The notes under the pieces are model-generated. The model was not told the origin of the DNA, did no database searches, and saw only the letters and a list, made by a program, of their open reading frames with translations. This document shows, one piece after another, positions 7,813 through 17,533 of a stretch of 60,987 bases of DNA. The translations under genes and the position numbers were made by a program. The stretch's first letter is position 1; each line of letters begins with the position of its first letter. The stretch spans positions 1 through 60,987 of the forward strand of contig CAYYKQ010000001.1 of NCBI GenBank assembly GCA_964440965.1, in the 5' to 3' direction. The stretch comes from an uncultured Anaerolineae bacterium. GTDB taxonomy: Bacteria; Chloroflexota; Anaerolineae; CAYYKQ01.

Positions 7813-9010
7813 ACTTCCTCTCGATGATTATCGCCCCGCCCTGCCCTCCACCGACGCAGGCGGTGGCCAGGCCCAGGCTTAGATCGCGCTTAATCATCTC
7901 GTAGAGCAGGGTGACCACGATGCGGGTGCCGGTGCAGCCCACGGGGTGCCCCAGGGCGACAGCTCCCCCGTTGACGTTGACGATGTCCCAGTCCCAGCCG
8001 TACCTCTCCAGTTCCCTCCCCACGGCCAGGGCCTGGGCGGCGAAGGCCTCGTTGAGCTCGATGAGCTCGATGTCCTTGAGCGTGAGCCCTGCTTTCTCCA
8101 GCGCTTTGGGGACGGCCTTGGTGGGGCCGATGCCCATGATCTCCGGCGGCACGGCGGCATAGGCATAGCTGCGGATGTAGCACATGGGCTCGTAGCCCAG
8201 CGCCTTGGCCTTCTCCTCGCTCATCACCAGCACCGCCGCCGCCCCATCCGAGATGTGGCAGGCGTTAGCCGCAGTGACGGTGCCATCCTTTTTGAAGACC
8301 GGGGGATAGAGAGCCGCCTTCTGGACGGTGAGGCCGGGGTTGATGCACTCATCCTCGGTGATGATGTCCGGAGGGACTTCTCGGCCAGCCACCTTCTTGG
8401 GCACGGTCACGGGCACGATCTCGTCCTTGAACTTCCCCATCCTCGTGGCCCTGAAGGCCTTGCGGTTGCTCCACACGGCGAACTCATCCTGCTCCTCGCG
8501 GCTGATGCCGTACATCGCGGCCAGGTTCTCCGCTGTGCGGCCCATAATCTGCCCACAGATGGGGTCGGTGAGCCCCTCCCAGAGGGTGTCAATGAACTGG
8601 GTGGGGCGGAGCTTGAGACCCCAGCGGGCCCCGCGCACGGAGTAGGGGGCAGTGGACATGCTCTCCGTCCCGCCGCAGATGAAGATGTCGCCGTCCCCGG
8701 CCTGGATGGCCTGGTAGGCGCAGGTGATAGCTTGTATGCTGGCCACGCAGTTCCTCTGCACGGTGTATCCGGGCACATGGTCAGGGATGCCGGCCATGAG
8801 CGCCGCCACGCGAGCGATGTTGGGCGCATCGGAGTACTGGCCGATGCAGCCGAGGATGACGTCGTCCACGAGGTTGGGGTCGAGTTGGGTGCGCTTGATC
8901 AGCTCCTCAATGACCACGGCGGCCAACTTCTGGGCGGGGATGTCGCGGAAGGCCCCGCCATGCCTCCCGATAGCGGTGCGGCAACCTTCGACGATGACCA
9001 CTTCTTTCAT
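7811..9010 (-). CDS. Acetyl-CoA C-acetyltransferase / 3-ketoacyl-CoA thiolase
   Basis: 399 aa: VQRNCVASIQAI (active-site Cys), NEAFAAQ, NVNGGAVALGHPVGCTGTR, CVGGGQG. Confidence 0.93.
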   Translation of the reverse strand: MKEVVIVEGCRTAIGRHGGAFRDIPAQKLAAVVIEELIKRTQLDPNLVDDVILGCIGQYSDAPNIARVAALMAGIPDHVPGYTVQRNCVASIQAITCAYQAIQAGDGDIFICGGTESMSTAPYSVRGARWGLKLRPTQFIDTLWEGLTDPICGQIMGRTAENLAAMYGISREEQDEFAVWSNRKAFRATRMGKFKDEIVPVTVPKKVAGREVPPDIITEDECINPGLTVQKAALYPPVFKKDGTVTAANACHISDGAAAVLVMSEEKAKALGYEPMCYIRSYAYAAVPPEIMGIGPTKAVPKALEKAGLTLKDIELIELNEAFAAQALAVGRELERYGWDWDIVNVNGGAVALGHPVGCTGTRIVVTLLYEMIKRDLSLGLATACVGGGQGGAIIIERK

Positions 9011-9027
9011 CTTGCTTGGCTCCTTTC

Positions 9028-9083
9028 AATGACCAATGAACCAATGACCAAGGGGATTTGCTCATTGGGATTTGGTTATTGAG
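9028..9083. repeat. Word-repeat hairpin (ccaatga words / tcattgg, ttggttattg)
   Basis: caatgaccaatgaaccaatgaccaa faces ctcattgggatttggttattgag. The right arm runs into the 3' end of the TetR gene. Confidence 0.55.
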
Positions 9084-9718
9084 CTTTGGGATTTGATCCC
9101 CTGCAGGAACAGGTCTAAGGTGGCTTCGAACATCGAATCGAGGTCAGTGGAGAGCATCTGGCGGCGGAGGGGATGGGCCATCAACACCAGCACCCCGTTA
9201 AGGGCTGCCCATAGCATGCCCGCTGTTCGCCATGGATCATCCACTTTAAACGACCCATCTTCCACCCCCTCCTGAACGGCCCTGGCTACCAGTTCCAGGC
9301 CCTTCATGCTTCGGTCGAAGATCTCCTGGAAGAGCCTCGCCGGCACTCGCTCCTGGAAACGGCCCCTGTCGAAGGCCATCAACAGTCGAAAGTAGTCGGG
9401 GTAAAGCCGAGAGAAATCGAGATAAGCCTTGGCCAGCCGACGGATGCGCTCCTTGGGGGATAACTTATCCTCAGGGGCATAGGCGGCTTCGAGCCGGTTG
9501 AGCAGAATGGAGAGGCCCTCTAAAAGCAAATGAGCAAGGATTTCCTCCTTGCTCTGAAAATACAGGTATAGGGTTCCCTTGGCCACCTCGGCTCGCGCCG
9601 CCACATCGTCCATCGTCGCCCGATGGACGCCCTTCTGGAAAAAGACTTCCTTGGCAGCCCGCAGGATCTCCCGCTGCTTCTCGGCCCTCTCGCTGGCGCT
9701 AAGCTGCAACCTGCCCAC
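9062..9718 (-). CDS. TetR/AcrR-family transcriptional regulator
   Basis: N-terminal HTH ILRAAKEVFFQKGVHRATMDDVAARAEVAKGTLYLYFQSKEE. It sits at the head of the beta-oxidation operon. Confidence 0.88.
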   Translation of the reverse strand: MGRLQLSASERAEKQREILRAAKEVFFQKGVHRATMDDVAARAEVAKGTLYLYFQSKEEILAHLLLEGLSILLNRLEAAYAPEDKLSPKERIRRLAKAYLDFSRLYPDYFRLLMAFDRGRFQERVPARLFQEIFDRSMKGLELVARAVQEGVEDGSFKVDDPWRTAGMLWAALNGVLVLMAHPLRRQMLSTDLDSMFEATLDLFLQGIKSQSSITKSQ

Positions 9719-9841
9719 CCCAGCCTCCCAAATTTACTGACCCTGAGTCATTATATCCGAAAAAGAGGCCGGTGTCAAATCTCCCGCTCGCTGGCGGCTA
9801 CGAAAGCGGAGAGGAGCCCCCTCGACCTCAACAGCGTTAGG

Positions 9842-11389
9842 TCATGAGCCCCAGCGTACCCGTACCTTTACCTCGGCAGCCTCTTCTATCTCCACGACCA
9901 CCGCGGCGTAGGGCTGGTGCTCTCTACGGTAGGGATAGGGGGCTCCATTGACCGTCACCTGCACCGGATCGGCGGGGAAATAGTCACGAAGCCGAACTTC
10001 CAGATGGGGGAAGGAAGGGGAAGCTTCCAACGAGAGAGCCTGGCGGCGCAGGTCCGGCGCGCTGGAGAGGGCCACCGTCGCTTCCTCGCCGAGGTAATGC
10101 TGAAAGTGGGCGGAGAGGTCCCGCCCGGCCAGGGTGGGGCAGAACAGAGGCTCGATAACGGCGCGATGCCGCGCCAAATCGTAGTCCAGCCCGATTATGG
10201 CCTTGCCCAGCAGGGCCGAGTAGACGCCGTTGGTCCAGCCGAAGCCCTTCTGATTGGGGTAGATGCTGACCGCATCGGGGCTGCATTCCACCACATTGTA
10301 CTTCTCCCACATACTCCCCGTCCGGGCGAAGACATCGGCGCATAGCCTCAACCATTTGAGGGCGATGCGAGCTGCCTCCTCGAAATAGCCATAGCGCTTA
10401 AGGCCCATCACCGTTATCCAGTGCAGAGGAGGCCAGCCGTTGGGGTGGTCCCACTGGAACGGTCCGACGAATTCCGCACCCCGTCCCGCGGCATGGGAAT
10501 GCTGCACCTTCACCGTGCAGGCCAGGCCGCCTGGGTGCTCGAAGAGGGTCAATTTATCCACCATCCTGGCGGCTTCCTCTGGGGTGGCCAAGCCCACAAA
10601 CAGGGGATGGAACGTCGCCAGCGAAGGCCTATCGTCCATCAAGCGACCCTCGGCGAAGTCATAATCGAAGAAGAGCCCCTGCCTCGGATCATAAAGGTAG
10701 CGAACGATGCGCTCCCTGCGCTCCTCGGCCTTAGCCCTCCAGCGTTTCGCCTCCTCTCGATCGCCTAATATCTCGGCGAAATCTGCGAAATCGCGCTCAT
10801 ACTGGTAGAGGTTACAGTTGAGGTCCACCGCTGCCAAATATCGGCATCGACCCGCCCAGCGAGAGCTGAAATCCCAACCCGATTCGTATTGAGCTCGCCT
10901 CTCGTCATGGGGTGCCCCTGGATCGGCGTAATGGGCCAAGCCGATGGGCGTATTGTGCCTGCTAAGCCAGACCTCCTCGTACTCCCTCTTGGCCAAGGCG
11001 AAGGCACTCCCCAGCCAGTCAAGGTCGAATTCCCCCTTAAGGACCTCTCTGATCATCAGGGTTAGATAAGGTGGCTGGGAGCGGGTGAGTGAACCGGGGT
11101 GGGAGTAGTTGAGGACCAGACCGAACTCCCTCAACTCGTAGAGGAAGTCCTCGACTATGCCCCGTATCAACTCCCGTTGGCCGTCCACCGCCAGCCCTAC
11201 GATGGTGAAGTAGCTGTCCCAGTAGAAGAGGTAGGGGAACAGGCCGACACTGGGCATCACATAGGGGTAAGGCAGTGGGATGCGCTCCTCCTCGCCGGGT
11301 TTATCCTGGCGGATAAGCGATGGCCAGAGGGAAGCGATATGGCTGTGGGCCTCTGAGATCCGCTCATCGAGGCCATGGAAGGAGGCCAT
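9842..11389 (-). CDS. Alpha,alpha-trehalase (GH37-like)
   Basis: FYWDSYF, YESGWDFSSRW, QWDHPNGWPPLH and GFGWTNGV match the GH37 trehalase signature regions as I recall them. Confidence 0.78.
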   Translation of the reverse strand: MASFHGLDERISEAHSHIASLWPSLIRQDKPGEEERIPLPYPYVMPSVGLFPYLFYWDSYFTIVGLAVDGQRELIRGIVEDFLYELREFGLVLNYSHPGSLTRSQPPYLTLMIREVLKGEFDLDWLGSAFALAKREYEEVWLSRHNTPIGLAHYADPGAPHDERRAQYESGWDFSSRWAGRCRYLAAVDLNCNLYQYERDFADFAEILGDREEAKRWRAKAEERRERIVRYLYDPRQGLFFDYDFAEGRLMDDRPSLATFHPLFVGLATPEEAARMVDKLTLFEHPGGLACTVKVQHSHAAGRGAEFVGPFQWDHPNGWPPLHWITVMGLKRYGYFEEAARIALKWLRLCADVFARTGSMWEKYNVVECSPDAVSIYPNQKGFGWTNGVYSALLGKAIIGLDYDLARHRAVIEPLFCPTLAGRDLSAHFQHYLGEEATVALSSAPDLRRQALSLEASPSFPHLEVRLRDYFPADPVQVTVNGAPYPYRREHQPYAAVVVEIEEAAEVKVRVRWGS

Positions 11390-11404
11390 ATGGTCGCTCC
11401 TTTT

Positions 11405-13183
11405 TCATTTCGATTGGCTCAAGGCGGCTTCTTTGAATCTCCTAACCTCTTTCAGCATCTCCTCAGCGCTCCGACGGGTCAGCTCGGTGTCCGCTCCCAG
11501 CATCTGGGCAAGCTCTATAAGCCGCTCCTCCTCCGCCAGCCCCCGTGCGCTGGTCAGAGTGCGCCCTCCCACCACCGCCTTGCTCACCTTGAAGTGGAGA
11601 TCGCCATAGCTGGCCAACTGCGGGAGATGGGTGACGCAGAGGACTTGGTGGCCTATGCCATTCATACCCCTCCCCAAGGTGAGGGTCCAAAGCTTCCTGC
11701 CCACCACCCCTCCCGTTCGCCCGCCGATCCCCGAATCTATCTCGTCGAAGATGAGGACGGGGATCTCATCGGCTTCGGAGAGGACGGTCTTGAGGGCCAG
11801 CATCAGGCGCGAGGCCTCTCCTCCCGAGGCGATCTGGGCCAAAGGCTTGAACGGCTCTCCAACGTTAGGGGCGATGAGGAACTCCACCTTGTCTATCCCC
11901 GTGGCGTCGAAAGCATAGCGTTCATCGCCCACCCAGACGCCATCTTTCGCCCGGGTTTGCTCGATGGATACGGCGAAGCGGGCCCTCTCCATATTGAGGT
12001 CGGCGAGCTCCGCCTCCACCGCCTCGGCCAGCCTCTCGCTGACCCGGCGCCGCTCGCTGGAGAGCCGAGCGGCCAATTCGCCTATCTCGTGGAGGAGTTC
12101 GTCCTCGCGGGCCTTCAATTCCTCAATCCGCTCTTCGCTGTGGGAAATGGCGCTCAATTCCTCCTCCGCAGCCTTGCCGAAGGCGAGGATCTCAGCGATG
12201 GAGTCTCCATACTTGCGCTTCAAGTTGTAGATCAGACTCAACCTCTCCTCGACTTCCTGCAGGCGGTGGGGATTATATTCGATCCGATCCCGATAGGTCC
12301 GCAGGGTGCGGGCTAGCTCCTCCATCTGATAGTAAACCTCCTCGGCCATCCGGTGCCCTTCCCTCAGGGCGGAGTCGATCCTCTCCAGCTCCGCCAACTG
12401 GTGAACCACCTGTCCCAAGAGGTCGATGGCCGAGGGCTGCCCTTCCTGGCCCTCGTAAAGGGCTTGATAGGCCTCATCGGCCAGCTCCGTTAGGCGTTCG
12501 GCATTAGCCAGCCTGGTGCGTTCCGCCTTTAATTCCTCCTCCTCACCTATGCGGAGTTTGGCGGCGGTTATCTCCTCCACTTGATGGCGCAGCAGATCCA
12601 CGCGGCGGGCCAACTCCTTCTCATCCCGTCGCAGCCTCTCCAGCTCTTGTCTGACCTCCCGCAGGGCCTTGACCTTAGCCCCCACCCTCTCCCGTAGGGG
12701 CCAGAGGCCCCCATAGCGATCCAGGAAATCCAAATGCTCCTTCACTCTGAGCAGGGAGAGATGCCCGCTCTGACCGTGGATATCCACCAGACGCCGGCCG
12801 ATCTCCTCCAAAAACTTCAGCGTGACGGCTCGGCCGTTCACCCGACAGATGCTGCGTCCTTCCCTCCTTATCTCCCGGCTCAGGATGAGGGTCTTTTCAT
12901 CCTCGCCTTCCAGCCCGTCCCTGCGGAGAAGGGGAAGGATATCCCTCTGAGCGGCCTCATTCAGGATGAATATCCCCTCCACTAGCGCCTCATTTGTGCC
13001 CGAGCGGATGACATCGGCGCGGGCTCGTCCTCCTAAAAGCAGGTTCACGGCGTCGATGATGATGGACTTGCCCGCCCCGGTCTCGCCGGTGAGGACATTA
13101 AAGCCGGGGTGGAAACTCAGGTGCAATTCACCGATAATGGCAAAGTTCCTGATGTAGAGCTCCGCTAACATACCCTGCCCCAC
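11405..13183 (-). CDS. recN: DNA repair protein RecN
   Basis: 592 aa. N-terminal LTGETGAGKSIIIDA, long coiled coil, C-terminal ASGGEASRLMLALK...LIFDEIDSGIGG. Confidence 0.93.
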   Translation of the reverse strand: MGQGMLAELYIRNFAIIGELHLSFHPGFNVLTGETGAGKSIIIDAVNLLLGGRARADVIRSGTNEALVEGIFILNEAAQRDILPLLRRDGLEGEDEKTLILSREIRREGRSICRVNGRAVTLKFLEEIGRRLVDIHGQSGHLSLLRVKEHLDFLDRYGGLWPLRERVGAKVKALREVRQELERLRRDEKELARRVDLLRHQVEEITAAKLRIGEEEELKAERTRLANAERLTELADEAYQALYEGQEGQPSAIDLLGQVVHQLAELERIDSALREGHRMAEEVYYQMEELARTLRTYRDRIEYNPHRLQEVEERLSLIYNLKRKYGDSIAEILAFGKAAEEELSAISHSEERIEELKAREDELLHEIGELAARLSSERRRVSERLAEAVEAELADLNMERARFAVSIEQTRAKDGVWVGDERYAFDATGIDKVEFLIAPNVGEPFKPLAQIASGGEASRLMLALKTVLSEADEIPVLIFDEIDSGIGGRTGGVVGRKLWTLTLGRGMNGIGHQVLCVTHLPQLASYGDLHFKVSKAVVGGRTLTSARGLAEEERLIELAQMLGADTELTRRSAEEMLKEVRRFKEAALSQSK

Positions 13184-13206
13184 GAACCATCCCTTAGCCT
13201 TTTAAC

Positions 13207-14040
13207 CTATTTCAACCGCTTCATCAGGCTGCGATAAAAGTAGGATCTATCTCGCACCCGAACGAAATAGCAAGTATGAGGGCTGGCCTTAACCACCACC
13301 TCGTCGGTATCCTCCAGCTCCACGTGGAATTGTCCGTCCACGGTGAGTACGGCCTGGTGGTCAGTGGAGACCTTAACTCTGACCGTGGCCCCCTGGGGGA
13401 GGACGATGGCTCGATCAAGGCTCAGATGGGGGGCGATGGGGATGAGCAGGATGTTCCTCAGCTGCGGTGGGAGGATCGGCCCTCCCACAGCTAGGGCGTA
13501 GGCGGTGGAGCCGGTGGGGGTGGAGACGATGAGTCCGTCGGCTGTGTAGGTGGTGAGGTACCCTCCGTCGATGTAGGTGGCCAAATGCACCACCCTGGCC
13601 AGCGAATGACGGCCAATCACCACGTCGTTAAGGGCTTCACTGGTCCATGGCTTAGTCTCATGCTCCCCACCACGCCAAAGCTCGGCGTGGAGCATCATCC
13701 GCTCCTCGAGCCAATACTCCCCCCTTAAGACGGGGGAGAGCTTCTCCTCCCACCTCCTGGCCTCCGCCTCGGCTAAGAAACCCAAGCGGCCTAAGTTCAG
13801 TCCCAGGATAGGCACTTTGTGTTGGGCAGCCATCCGCGCCGCCCGAAGGATGGTGCCATCGCCGCCTAAGGTCACCAGGAGATCGAACTCGGCCACATGC
13901 TGCCTGACTTCCTCCTCGTCCCAAGCTGAGCCCGCCCAGGCTTGGATCCCCCTGGCTTCCAACCAATCGGCTATCTCCTGAGCTAAAATTTGTGACTCCG
14001 GTATTTTGGGATGGTGCAACAAGCCGATCGCCTTCACCAA
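13207..14040 (-). CDS. nadK: NAD(+) kinase
   Basis: VTLGGDGTILRAAR, NLGRLGFL and TPTGSTAYALAVGGPIL. Confidence 0.9.
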   Translation of the reverse strand: MVKAIGLLHHPKIPESQILAQEIADWLEARGIQAWAGSAWDEEEVRQHVAEFDLLVTLGGDGTILRAARMAAQHKVPILGLNLGRLGFLAEAEARRWEEKLSPVLRGEYWLEERMMLHAELWRGGEHETKPWTSEALNDVVIGRHSLARVVHLATYIDGGYLTTYTADGLIVSTPTGSTAYALAVGGPILPPQLRNILLIPIAPHLSLDRAIVLPQGATVRVKVSTDHQAVLTVDGQFHVELEDTDEVVVKASPHTCYFVRVRDRSYFYRSLMKRLK

Positions 14041-15323
14041 TCACGCCCCCGCTCAACTAAATTCAGCCGTTCCCTTAGCCAAGCGATCACCTCCCCCATA
14101 GCTACTGGGCGCTGTTCGCCTCTGAGCATGTCCCTGACGACCACTTGGCCGGCCTCCAACTCCTGCTGGCCGATGATGAGGGTATAAACCACCTCCCGGC
14201 GATCAGCCTCCCTCATCTGAGCCTTGAGGCTGCGATCGCCGAAGGCACAGGTCACGCCGATGCCCGCCTCTCTCAGGCTGGTCAGGAGCTTAAACGCGGT
14301 CTTCTTTGCCTCTTGGCCAAGGTAGATCAGCGAGACCTGGGGGGCTGGCAGGGATGGCACCTCGATGCCCTGGGCCTTCATGGCCAGTATGGTGCGATCC
14401 AACCCGACAGCAAAGCCCACCCCCGGCGTGGGATTACCCCCTAGCTCCTCGGCCAGGCCGTCGTAGCGTCCTCCACCGCAGAGCGCCGATTGAGCCCCGA
14501 TGCCCCCCACCCAGACCTCAAAGACGGTCTTAGTGTAATAGTCCAGGCCCCTCACCAGACGGGGATTGAGCGTGTATGGCCATCCCAGGAGATCCAGGTA
14601 ACGCCTCAGGGCCTCGAAGTGCTCTCTGCACTCCTGGCAGAGGTAATCGAGGATAGGAGGGGCCCCGGCGATGATGGACTGACAACGCTCATTCTTGCAA
14701 TCCAGCACCCTCAACGGATTGCGCTTTAGGCGCCGCCGGCAATCATCGCAGATCTCATCCAGGTGCTGCTCGTAATATCCGAGCAAAACCCTCAGGTAGT
14801 TAGGGCGGCATTTGGGGCAGCCGATGCTGTTGATCTGGAAGGAGAGCCCCTTGAAGCCGAGCTCAGTATAGAACTGTCTGGCCAACGACATCACTTCCAC
14901 ATCCAAGGCCGGATCTTGCACGCCGATGGCCTCGGCGTTAAACTGGTAGAATTGGCGATAACGCCCCGCCTGAGGGCGGTCGTAACGGAAGGCAGGGCCG
15001 ATGGAGTAGAGTTTAACCGGCTGGGGTAAGACATGCATGCCATGCTCAAGGTAAGCGCGCACTACCCCCGCCGTGAACTCCGGTCGCAAGGTGATGGACT
15101 CTCCTCCCTTATCCTCGAAGGAGTACATCTCCTTTTCGACGATGTCTGTGGCCTTGCCGACCCCTCGTTCGAAGAGGGAGGTCTCCTCGAAGATAGGGAT
15201 ATCGATCTTCTGATAGCCGTAGAGCTGGCAGATGCGATGGATGCTCTCCTCGACGAATCGCCAATAAGGCTGCTCCTCCGGCAAAATATCGCGTGTGCCC
15301 CTAGGCGCCTTGTACAAACCCAC
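14034..15323 (-). CDS. hisS: Histidine--tRNA ligase
   Basis: PRGTRDILPEE, LRPEFTAGVVRAY, FRYDRPQAGRYRQFYQ and GGGRYDGL. Its 3' end overlaps the nadK start by 7 nt. Confidence 0.94.
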   Translation of the reverse strand: MGLYKAPRGTRDILPEEQPYWRFVEESIHRICQLYGYQKIDIPIFEETSLFERGVGKATDIVEKEMYSFEDKGGESITLRPEFTAGVVRAYLEHGMHVLPQPVKLYSIGPAFRYDRPQAGRYRQFYQFNAEAIGVQDPALDVEVMSLARQFYTELGFKGLSFQINSIGCPKCRPNYLRVLLGYYEQHLDEICDDCRRRLKRNPLRVLDCKNERCQSIIAGAPPILDYLCQECREHFEALRRYLDLLGWPYTLNPRLVRGLDYYTKTVFEVWVGGIGAQSALCGGGRYDGLAEELGGNPTPGVGFAVGLDRTILAMKAQGIEVPSLPAPQVSLIYLGQEAKKTAFKLLTSLREAGIGVTCAFGDRSLKAQMREADRREVVYTLIIGQQELEAGQVVVRDMLRGEQRPVAMGEVIAWLRERLNLVERGRDW

Positions 15324-15396
15324 GAACCTCCTCAGGATGCCGGCCTTGCTCGCCTATGCACAGGATATCGTATTTGTACCCGATTGTGAGCTACCT

Positions 15397-15425
15397 TATT
15401 ATAGTCCATTTCACCTTCATTGTCC
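15397..15425 (-). promoter_or_regulatory. Sigma-70-type promoter for hisS-nadK-recN
   Basis: On the minus strand: TGGACA, 17 nt, TATAAT, about 70 nt upstream of the hisS ATG. Confidence 0.5.
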
Positions 15426-15444
15426 ACCTCGCCGGCTCAAGCTG

Positions 15445-15483
15445 CAAAATCGAACGGGGGTTAGAGCAGCCTCCTAACCCCCG
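15445..15483 (-). terminator. Rho-independent terminator after the metallopeptidase gene
   Basis: Minus strand reads cgggggttag-(9 nt)-ctaacccccg followed by gttcgatttt. Confidence 0.6.
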
Positions 15484-15520
15484 CCCTTCTCACCCGCCTC
15501 TATTCCAATGGTCTGCCCCC

Positions 15521-17533
15521 TCAGGGCATCCTGTCAATGGCTCCTCTGTGGGGTAGCGGCTCCACGGAATACTCATAGCTGGCCAGCTCCGTGGTCAGGG
15601 GGGCCAGTCCGCTTACCACCAGGATGGCCCTCTTCACCTCCTCGCCCAAACCCCTGACGACCAAGCGGCCCTCCTGGGCCTCGTTCAGCTCCATCCGCCG
15701 CACCTTCGTCTCCGCTCCCAGCTCGATGAGCTGTACCAGGAAGCGTTGGGGGACAGAGTTGTCGGTGCGAATGAAGCCTTCAGCCACCCATCCGCCATCG
15801 TCCTCGGCATCGTAGGTATAGCCCAGCTCAGGGATGGATATATCGTCCACGCAGAAGCCCACGTGGTTCACGGCATCGTCGGTGAGGTATTCGAAGCGGA
15901 GGAGGAGCTCGCCGCCCACATAGGGGGTCAAATCGACGGTCTCCTTGACCCAGACGGGCCCCGATTCCTCCTTCCTCGCCCCCTCTCCCGATTTTCCCGT
16001 ATACGCATGTCCGAAGCTGTTTCCATAAGGATTAGCATCGGTGGTGTACTTGCCCTTCAGGATCTTCCATGTCCTCCCGCCGTCGGTGGAAACCTCGATG
16101 TAGGCGTAGTCCCAATTCTCCTCGATGTCGTACCAGAGCCAGACCTCGAGGGTGGCTCGCTTCAGCCCTCGCAGGTCGAAAGCCCTGGTGAGGCGAGAGT
16201 CACCGCCGTCGCCACGTCCGCTCCACCACTGGTAGCGTCCGCTGTGAGGTTCGTTGGGGATGAGTTTCACTTGAGTGGAGCCAGCAAATTCGACAGCTAA
16301 GTCAACGGATCGCCTATTCGATGGGCAAAGGAGCTCGATGTAGTCGGTTCCGTACTGATGGACGGTGGTAGAACGACGGACAGGGTAACGATCGTGGATC
16401 TGATCGAGCTTAGGGGTGGCTACATCCAGCCTACGATAACCATAGCGGCCATCCGCCAGCTGAGGGTCATCTAAATAGTTTGCCACCACCCAATCGGCGA
16501 AGACATCCTCGAAGGTGAGTCCCCGTTCGGCCAGGACCGCGTTGAAGCCGGCGATGCCATTGGCTTGGTTGGCTACCACCTTGCGGGTTAACCCCTCGCC
16601 GAAGCGCTCTAAGAAGTAAGACATGAAAAGATAGCTGGCTCCGTAGTTAGGGATGGCCTCCTCAGGCTCCGGCCAGGAGGTGAGCTGGGTATCCGGAGAA
16701 CGGCTGAAGGCGTAGCTGGACCCGCCTACTGGATAGCCGTTGACCTGAGTTGCCAGCCCCGAAAGGCCCTCGTTGACCCAGGTGTCCTCGTTTCTATCAA
16801 CCCTCCAGTGGATCATGTGCTGGAACTCGTGGGCCAGGACCCCCTCGTATTCGTCCGTGCCCGGCTGGAGGGAATCCAGGTTGATATAGACTATCTCCCG
16901 TTCGTTGGAATAGGGGTTGATCAGATGGGAGTATTCATCGGCGCTGGAGTAATAGCCGCCCAAGCCGGGGACGTGTCCGTTGAAGACATGGATGCGGGGG
17001 TCGTTGTCCACACCTGGGGTCCACTCCTCTCCGAAAAAGCGATGGTTAGTGGGGTAAATACGGTTCTCGAAGCGCTCGGCCGACCTCTTTAAGGCATTCT
17101 CATCGACCTTGTAGCCTTCCTCAACCCACATGTAGAGGTGAGGGGTGATATAGCGCAGAGTGGCCGTGGCCGTGAAATGGGTCTTGCTGATCTCATTCCA
17201 GACCCAGAAGGTCTCCTTATCGCCGAGTTTATATCGAGGTGGAGTGGGGTTGACCACGACGGGGATGGGCTCCTCGGGATGTTTGAGGCGAGTGGCGACG
17301 TCCAAGAGGTCACGCTCCGGCATTTCCATCTCGGCCAGGGGCTTTGGCGATGGAGGATGCAGGGCGGTAGAGGTCAACGGAGGGGTGCGCACGGGGGTGA
17401 AAGTGGGGACGAGGGTGGGAGTGGAGGTGGGCACAGCGATCGCCTTAAGGGCCTGGGGGGCCTTGCAGCCCAAGATCAGGCCGAAGCCGATGATCGAGAT
17501 AAGGATAGCGAATCTAAGCCAACGACTACTCAA
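15521..17533 (-). CDS. Lipoprotein gluzincin-type metallopeptidase with a C-terminal jelly-roll (MAM/InhA-like) domain
   Basis: Lipobox LILGC at residues 20-24. Zinc motif VLAHEFQHMIH...WVNEG. C-terminal WWSGRGDGGDSRLTRAFDL...YIEVSTDGGRTW. Confidence 0.7.
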   Translation of the reverse strand: MSSRWLRFAILISIIGFGLILGCKAPQALKAIAVPTSTPTLVPTFTPVRTPPLTSTALHPPSPKPLAEMEMPERDLLDVATRLKHPEEPIPVVVNPTPPRYKLGDKETFWVWNEISKTHFTATATLRYITPHLYMWVEEGYKVDENALKRSAERFENRIYPTNHRFFGEEWTPGVDNDPRIHVFNGHVPGLGGYYSSADEYSHLINPYSNEREIVYINLDSLQPGTDEYEGVLAHEFQHMIHWRVDRNEDTWVNEGLSGLATQVNGYPVGGSSYAFSRSPDTQLTSWPEPEEAIPNYGASYLFMSYFLERFGEGLTRKVVANQANGIAGFNAVLAERGLTFEDVFADWVVANYLDDPQLADGRYGYRRLDVATPKLDQIHDRYPVRRSTTVHQYGTDYIELLCPSNRRSVDLAVEFAGSTQVKLIPNEPHSGRYQWWSGRGDGGDSRLTRAFDLRGLKRATLEVWLWYDIEENWDYAYIEVSTDGGRTWKILKGKYTTDANPYGNSFGHAYTGKSGEGARKEESGPVWVKETVDLTPYVGGELLLRFEYLTDDAVNHVGFCVDDISIPELGYTYDAEDDGGWVAEGFIRTDNSVPQRFLVQLIELGAETKVRRMELNEAQEGRLVVRGLGEEVKRAILVVSGLAPLTTELASYEYSVEPLPHRGAIDRMP

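Noticed and set aside
7946-9082. Long antisense ORFs opposite well-supported genes: 7946-9082, 11375-12316, 20551-21537, 36996-37727, 49654-50424, 51344-52150, 57088-57765 and many shorter ones.
   Set aside because: These are mirror-frame ORFs expected in high-GC coding DNA. Their translations are Arg/Gly/Pro/Ala-rich with no recognisable motifs and no SD. Each lies fully inside a gene with clear family signatures on the other strand.
15324-15396. T-box leader upstream of hisS.
   Set aside because: The distance from the predicted promoter to the ATG is only about 70 nt. That is far too short for a T-box, and no specifier or terminator-antiterminator pattern is visible.
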